This document shows positions 7,487 through 11,710 of a stretch of DNA of 11,710 nucleotides, piece by piece; positions within the stretch are counted from its first letter, which is position 1, and each line of letters opens with the position of its first letter. Position numbers and translations under genes: made by a program. The stretch is from Elusimicrobiota bacterium (GTDB lineage: Bacteria > CG03 > SLGR01 > JAGXOG01). Location of the stretch: the NCBI GenBank assembly GCA_051745145.1, contig JBNJDT010000045.1:1-11710 (forward strand). Reading direction: 5' to 3'. The notes beneath the pieces are model-generated. The model was not told the origin of the DNA. It ran no database searches and worked only from the letters and a program-made list of their open reading frames with translations.

Positions 7487-7529
7487 GGAGTTTAATGAAC
7501 CGGTATGAAATCATAATGAGTATTAATAT

Positions 7530-8285
7530 ATGTCCGAACTCCTCCAAATAATAACGGCCACTACCCTGGTTGCCTGTCTTGCCTGGATAGGTATATTAAC
7601 TTTTGTCCTTCAAGAAAAAATATTTAAAAGCCTGCTCAATTATCTGGTCGCCTTTGCCGCGGGAACCCTGCTTGGAGTATCCTTTATTCATCTTATCCCA
7701 AAATCTCTTCACGATCTGGAGGCCGTAGGGGGGCATCTTGTAGGGCCATTAATTATTCTGGGAGGTTTTGTTTTTTTCTTCATCCTCGAACAGTATTTAA
7801 GCTGGCATCACTGTCACCGCGTCCCCTCGGAGCATTCTAAAACTCCTTTTTCGTTTATGATACTCATAGCTAACGGAATACATAATTTTGTGGACGGCTT
7901 ACTTGTCGGGGCCGCTTTTTTAGTTAACGTTCCCCTGGGAATTTCAACAACTATAGCCGTTGCCTCTCACGAACTCCCCCAGGAACTGGGAAACTTTGGC
8001 ATTCTGGTTTACGGCGGCTGGAACCGGAAAAAAGCCCTTATAGTTAACTTTGCCATTTCCCTTATAATAGTTCCCGGCGGGATCGCCGCTTACCTGTTTT
8101 CCGGAACTATAAATCCTATTTACATTGTTCCCTTTGCTGCCGGCGGTTTTATCTATATAGGCGCAGCTGATTTAATACCGGAAATACAAAACTGTAATAA
8201 ATTTAAACGGAGTATAGCTTTGCTGGGGGTATTTCTTTCTGGTAATATTTTAATATTATTGATAGAAATTTTAATGGGGCATTAA
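7530..8285 (+). CDS. ZIP family divalent metal (zinc/iron) transporter
   Basis: About 8 [16 protein letters not shown], His-rich loop [13 protein letters not shown]4 HNFVDG, TM5 HELPQELG and [16 protein letters not shown]. Confidence 0.95.
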   Translation: MSELLQIITATTLVACLAWIGILTFVLQEKIFKSLLNYLVAFAAGTLLGVSFIHLIPKSLHDLEAVGGHLVGPLIILGGFVFFFILEQYLSWHHCHRVPSEHSKTPFSFMILIANGIHNFVDGLLVGAAFLVNVPLGISTTIAVASHELPQELGNFGILVYGGWNRKKALIVNFAISLIIVPGGIAAYLFSGTINPIYIVPFAAGGFIYIGAADLIPEIQNCNKFKRSIALLGVFLSGNILILLIEILMGH

Positions 8286-8331
8286 CAGGGGCAAAAAAAA
8301 TAAGTTGTTTTGTAATTAAAAGGCTGTAAAT

Positions 8332-8922
8332 TTATTTCTTCCGGCTTACAACCCTCATATTATTTTTAGTTTTGTGCTGAAGAGGTCCTTTCATATGGAA
8401 GCTGGTCTCTTTAAGCATCCACAGCTCGGGAATAATCTCAGAAATTATCTCTCCGTCATCCAATATCCGGACAACTGAACTTTCCGATACCAAAACAACC
8501 ACACAGTCGGTATTTTTTGTAATTGAAGCACCGGCCATATGCCGCCCTCCCAGACCCAGGGGGAGATCTATACCCTCAGCGGTCGCATTAATATATCTAG
8601 CGGCCGATATAAATACCCCATCGTCGGATATTATAAATGCTCCGTCAAGTTGAGAGAGTTCTTTTATTGTTTCGCGCATATTGGAATCATCAATTTTTTT
8701 AGCACTGTCAGGATGACCTTTTAAAGGATCAAGTATAAGGCATTTTGAGCGGGCAAGTGTTTTTTCAGAATCTCCTATGAGAAACATGGTCCCCACTTTT
8801 CTGCCTTCCCGGCCTTCTCTTGCTATTTCAACTGCCAGACCTATAGCTAAATTAAGAGTGGTAGGATTAACTTTTCGCTCGGCAGTACATATTTCGCTAA
8901 ATATATTATTTGTCTCTTCCAT
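8332..8922 (-). CDS. Diadenylate cyclase (DisA_N/DAC domain) protein, stand-alone, DacZ/CdaZ-like catalytic domain
   Basis: EGREGRKVGTMFLIGD, the catalytic ELSQLDGAFII (DGA) motif, GLGGRHMAG (RHR variant RHM) and VSES. No TM or HhH domain. Confidence 0.9.
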   Translation of the reverse strand: MEETNNIFSEICTAERKVNPTTLNLAIGLAVEIAREGREGRKVGTMFLIGDSEKTLARSKCLILDPLKGHPDSAKKIDDSNMRETIKELSQLDGAFIISDDGVFISAARYINATAEGIDLPLGLGGRHMAGASITKNTDCVVVLVSESSVVRILDDGEIISEIIPELWMLKETSFHMKGPLQHKTKNNMRVVSRKK

Positions 8923-8927
8923 AGTTT

Positions 8928-8959
8928 ATTATAATAAAAAAAAATCTGACTTTTTACAA
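8928..8959 (-). promoter_or_regulatory. Putative promoter directly abutting the DAC start codon
   Basis: Minus strand TTGTAA (8959-8954), 17-nt spacer, TATTAT (8936-8931), overlapping TATAAT (8933-8928), which ends 5 nt before the ATG. No SD sequence. Confidence 0.45.
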
Positions 8960-9075
8960 TGGGAAAATATTCGCGGTACTTGGATGTCCACCACAAAAAA
9001 ATCATGAATATTAAAAACATCTTCTGCTTTCAAAGAAAGAAATTCATCCAACAACTTATTTTTACTGTTTAAATT

Positions 9076-10842
9076 TTAAAACACCATACCCGATCCAAAA
9101 AAGAAACTGCCGGGTTTCTCATCTTCTCTTTTATTAATTTTTAAGCCGTATTCAACCCGGAATACCCCTATGGGGAGACTGAGCATTAAACCGCCTCCCG
9201 CTGAACTTCTCAAACCGGTAAGATCTATTTCCTCAAACGTTTCCCAGACATTACCGGTATCGGTAAATACATAAATGCCAAAACTCTTGTAAATGTTAAG
9301 CCTCAATTCGGCTATATTCCATACCAGCTCAGCTTTCCCTCCTCCGGGATTACCCCGGCTGTCGTAAGGACCGATATTCTGATATTTATAACCTCTTACA
9401 GAATAGGGCCCGCCGGTATAAAGCCGTTCATCGGGGGGGATATAATCTATTTCATGTTCGGAAATAATTGCTGCCATGCTAATCGCCGTCCCACCGACCA
9501 GCCCGGAAGTAAGAGGAACAAAAAACCGGTTCTCCGCCGAAGTTTTTAAAAGTGAAAATTCAGTCATTATTACTTCATTTTTAAGACTGGAGTAATTACC
9601 CCGGCTCGGGGAAAAAATACTGTTCCTGGTATCCCGGCTTATCAACACGGTGCCAATATTTTTAGTAATTTTTTGCCGGGTAAATTCCAGAGACTCTAAA
9701 TTTTTAAATTCAGATATCTGATAATCATATGAAAGTGAAAGCCGGATATTATCCCGAAAAGTTTTTCCGGCCGACAAACCGGCGCCGGTTTCATAAACAT
9801 CATAACCGGGTTCATCTTCATACCCGGTAAAACCTTTAATTTCAATACTGAGGGGGACGCCAAAATTCCAGGGGGAAGAAATTAGAGCCTCCGCCCGGCG
9901 GTTGCGGGCGCTGTTTCTTAAAGTAAACCCCACCCTCCGGGATGTCCCGTATAGGTTTCTATTAGTCACCTCCAGCTTCTGCCAGAAATATTCCCGGGTA
10001 TCGTAGCCGCCGGAGATACCGAATTCTATTGAATCGCGTTCGGCGAGTTCAATAGCCACATTCTTTTTGCTTTCCTCTTCTTCTTTTTCCAGAGGGACAG
10101 GCCGGATAAATACAGATTTAAACAGTCCGGTATGCATAAGTTTCTGCCTTGTTTCAAAAAACCGGGAAAAATTAATGTATTCTCCTTCCTTAAAGGTTAA
10201 TTCCCTAAGTACCACATTATCTTGCGTCTTAAGATTTCCCCGGATAAGTATATCGTTTATCCTCTGACGGTTTCCTTCATTTATAAAAAAATCCACGGAA
10301 ACATTATTTAAGACGCTGTTAATATTCATATCTGTATTTATCTTGATATCGCTGAAACCGGTATCCCAGTATAAAGAGAGAAGCCGGGAAGTTGCCCTAT
10401 CTAAAGTTTTTCCGGAAAAGTAATCCCCCTTTTTAATTTCCGTTTTTTTAAGAAGTTCCTCATCAGTATAAAAATCATTCCCCAAAAACATAACCGACGA
10501 AAATGTGAATCTTTCTCCTTCATCCACTTTAACTGTTATTTTTACGGTATTGTCCTGCTTATCTTTTACTATATCTTCGGTAAAGGATACGCTCAGATAC
10601 CCTTTATCCGTGTAAAAGTCCCTTAGCGTATTAAGATCATCTTCAAACACTTCCCTAAAAAAACGTCGGGTCTTGAAAATAGATGACTTTTTGGTAACTA
10701 TTGTTTTCTTTAAAGTCCTCTCCGAAAAACTGGAATTTCCCTTAAAAGAAACCTCTGTAATTTTAGGTCTCTCTCCGGCAGTACCCACCCGGGGAAAAGC
10801 GATGAGAATAAACCCTATAATAAAAACTTTTAACGTATCCAT
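9076..10842 (-). CDS. Omp85 family outer-membrane assembly factor with three POTRA domains (TamA/BamA-like)
   Basis: Signal peptide. Three POTRA-like repeats (ITEVSFKGN..Y.DKGY..VDEG; VMFLGN..YWDTGF..INEG; ILIRGN.KT..V.REL..TGLF). Barrel motifs NLYGT, RDTRN..PSRG, GGPYSVRGY and RVEYG, with a terminal Phe. Confidence 0.92.
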   Translation of the reverse strand: MDTLKVFIIGFILIAFPRVGTAGERPKITEVSFKGNSSFSERTLKKTIVTKKSSIFKTRRFFREVFEDDLNTLRDFYTDKGYLSVSFTEDIVKDKQDNTVKITVKVDEGERFTFSSVMFLGNDFYTDEELLKKTEIKKGDYFSGKTLDRATSRLLSLYWDTGFSDIKINTDMNINSVLNNVSVDFFINEGNRQRINDILIRGNLKTQDNVVLRELTFKEGEYINFSRFFETRQKLMHTGLFKSVFIRPVPLEKEEEESKKNVAIELAERDSIEFGISGGYDTREYFWQKLEVTNRNLYGTSRRVGFTLRNSARNRRAEALISSPWNFGVPLSIEIKGFTGYEDEPGYDVYETGAGLSAGKTFRDNIRLSLSYDYQISEFKNLESLEFTRQKITKNIGTVLISRDTRNSIFSPSRGNYSSLKNEVIMTEFSLLKTSAENRFFVPLTSGLVGGTAISMAAIISEHEIDYIPPDERLYTGGPYSVRGYKYQNIGPYDSRGNPGGGKAELVWNIAELRLNIYKSFGIYVFTDTGNVWETFEEIDLTGLRSSAGGGLMLSLPIGVFRVEYGLKINKREDEKPGSFFFGSGMVF

Positions 10843-11710
10843 ATACTGTATTTAAGCCCTATGTTCGATCTTCCGGTCTGGTCGGTTATGGCCTCGGCGG
10901 AAAGTGAAGGCGTAAAAGAATACTTTAATTTAAGTTCCTGTTCCTCGGTTCTACCTAAACCTTCGGTATAAATAATTTCTGTTTTCCCCGTCGTTCGACT
11001 GGTCACTATAGAACTATCATCATCGCTCAGATCTCCAACGTAAGCCAGGGCAACATTTTCAGTTATTCCTTTCCGGGCCCGGACCCTGAGACCCTCCCGG
11101 GAACCGGTTCTGAAAATATTGCCTTCTATAAGCATCGTATCCAGGTTGAGTACATTTCCCGCGTAAGCGGATATGTAGCTGTTCACTCTCCGGCTGGCCA
11201 GCTCTTCCGCCCTTAAAGACAGGACCCGTTCGGATTCGGTGAGCTGGCTCCGCAGGGCCCCGAAGGTTAAAAGAGAAACTATATCAGAAACATCCAGCGG
11301 GGGCCGGGAAGTTAAATCCACCTGAATATCGTTTACCGGTCCGCGGGCCATAAGATCGATATCATACGGAGTATCTTCTTCCTGGCGCAGGCTTCTCAGC
11401 CGGGTCCGGGCCCCTATTTCAATATATGGAATTTTTTCCACCCGGCCGCCCAGTTCAACATAACCTTCCGTAATATTAAATTTCCTGTCCAGGTACATGA
11501 CATACCCCTCCCTGGTAAAAAGCCTGCCTGTAAAAACCGGTTCACTTAATTTCTCCCGGATACCTATTTCCCCCTCCAGGCGGATGCGGCCATGCCTGTT
11601 GTGTATCCAGAGGTGCTCTCCGCTTTTTACAGATAAATCAGCGGAAAATTTTTCCAGAAATTCAGAAGTCTCATCCTTCCCTTTGGAAAGCCCGGAAGTT
11701 TCTCCGGCCG
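10830..11710 (-). CDS. tamB: TamB/AsmA-like protein (DUF490 C-terminal region), 5'-truncated by the window edge
   Basis: The frame stays open upstream of 11498 to the edge (..DLSVKSGEHLWIHNRHGRIRLEGEIGIREKLSEPVFTG..GYVMYLDRKFNITEG). LTSRPPL..SDIVSLLTFG is the DUF490 hallmark. The stop overlaps the Omp85 start by 13 nt. Confidence 0.85.
   Translation of the reverse strand, partial: AGETSGLSKGKDETSEFLEKFSADLSVKSGEHLWIHNRHGRIRLEGEIGIREKLSEPVFTGRLFTREGYVMYLDRKFNITEGYVELGGRVEKIPYIEIGARTRLRSLRQEEDTPYDIDLMARGPVNDIQVDLTSRPPLDVSDIVSLLTFGALRSQLTESERVLSLRAEELASRRVNSYISAYAGNVLNLDTMLIEGNIFRTGSREGLRVRARKGITENVALAYVGDLSDDDSSIVTSRTTGKTEIIYTEGLGRTEEQELKLKYSFTPSLSAEAITDQTGRSNIGLKYSIWIR

Noticed and set aside
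7530..8922. Functional link between the ZIP transporter and the diadenylate cyclase
   Set aside because: The genes are convergent with separate promoters; adjacency alone is not evidence.
8929..9054. About 41-codon TTG-initiated minus-strand frame between omp85 and the DAC gene
   Set aside because: No RBS, no recognisable motif, and it overlaps the predicted DAC promoter.
8539..10855. Plus-strand ORFs 8539..8724, 8777..9007, 10067..10267 and 10673..10855
   Set aside because: Antisense shadows of the DAC and Omp85 genes.
11496..11498. ATG as the start of a 222-aa gene
   Set aside because: The frame is open to the window edge with TamB-like sequence, so this is an internal Met.

Overview
AT-rich (roughly 35-40% GC by eye) chromosomal segment of a diderm bacterium using genetic code 11. 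I see no rRNA, tRNA, CRISPR array or mobile element. Left to right: a cold-shock protein with a long structured leader; a divergent signal-peptide protein (FlgT_C-like domain plus a predicted ~12-stranded beta-barrel); a minus-strand cluster of three membrane proteins, including an unlisted 57-aa ORF that duplicates the C-terminus of its HxHH-motif neighbour; a decayed ECF transporter locus (S-component-like remnant plus a truncated ATPase); a lipoprotein; a stand-alone MEDS sensor; hflK-hflC; a ZIP metal transporter; a stand-alone diadenylate cyclase (DisA_N) domain protein; and an Omp85 (TamA/BamA-like) gene preceded by the 3' end of a TamB-like gene. The most notable signals are (1) matched 11-residue coiled-coil deletions in both HflK and HflC relative to the E. 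coli proteins as I recall them, (2) strong over-representation of CCGG (about 110 copies by hand count), and (3) the HxHH protein with its duplicated small-protein module. All family assignments come from motif recognition, not database searches.
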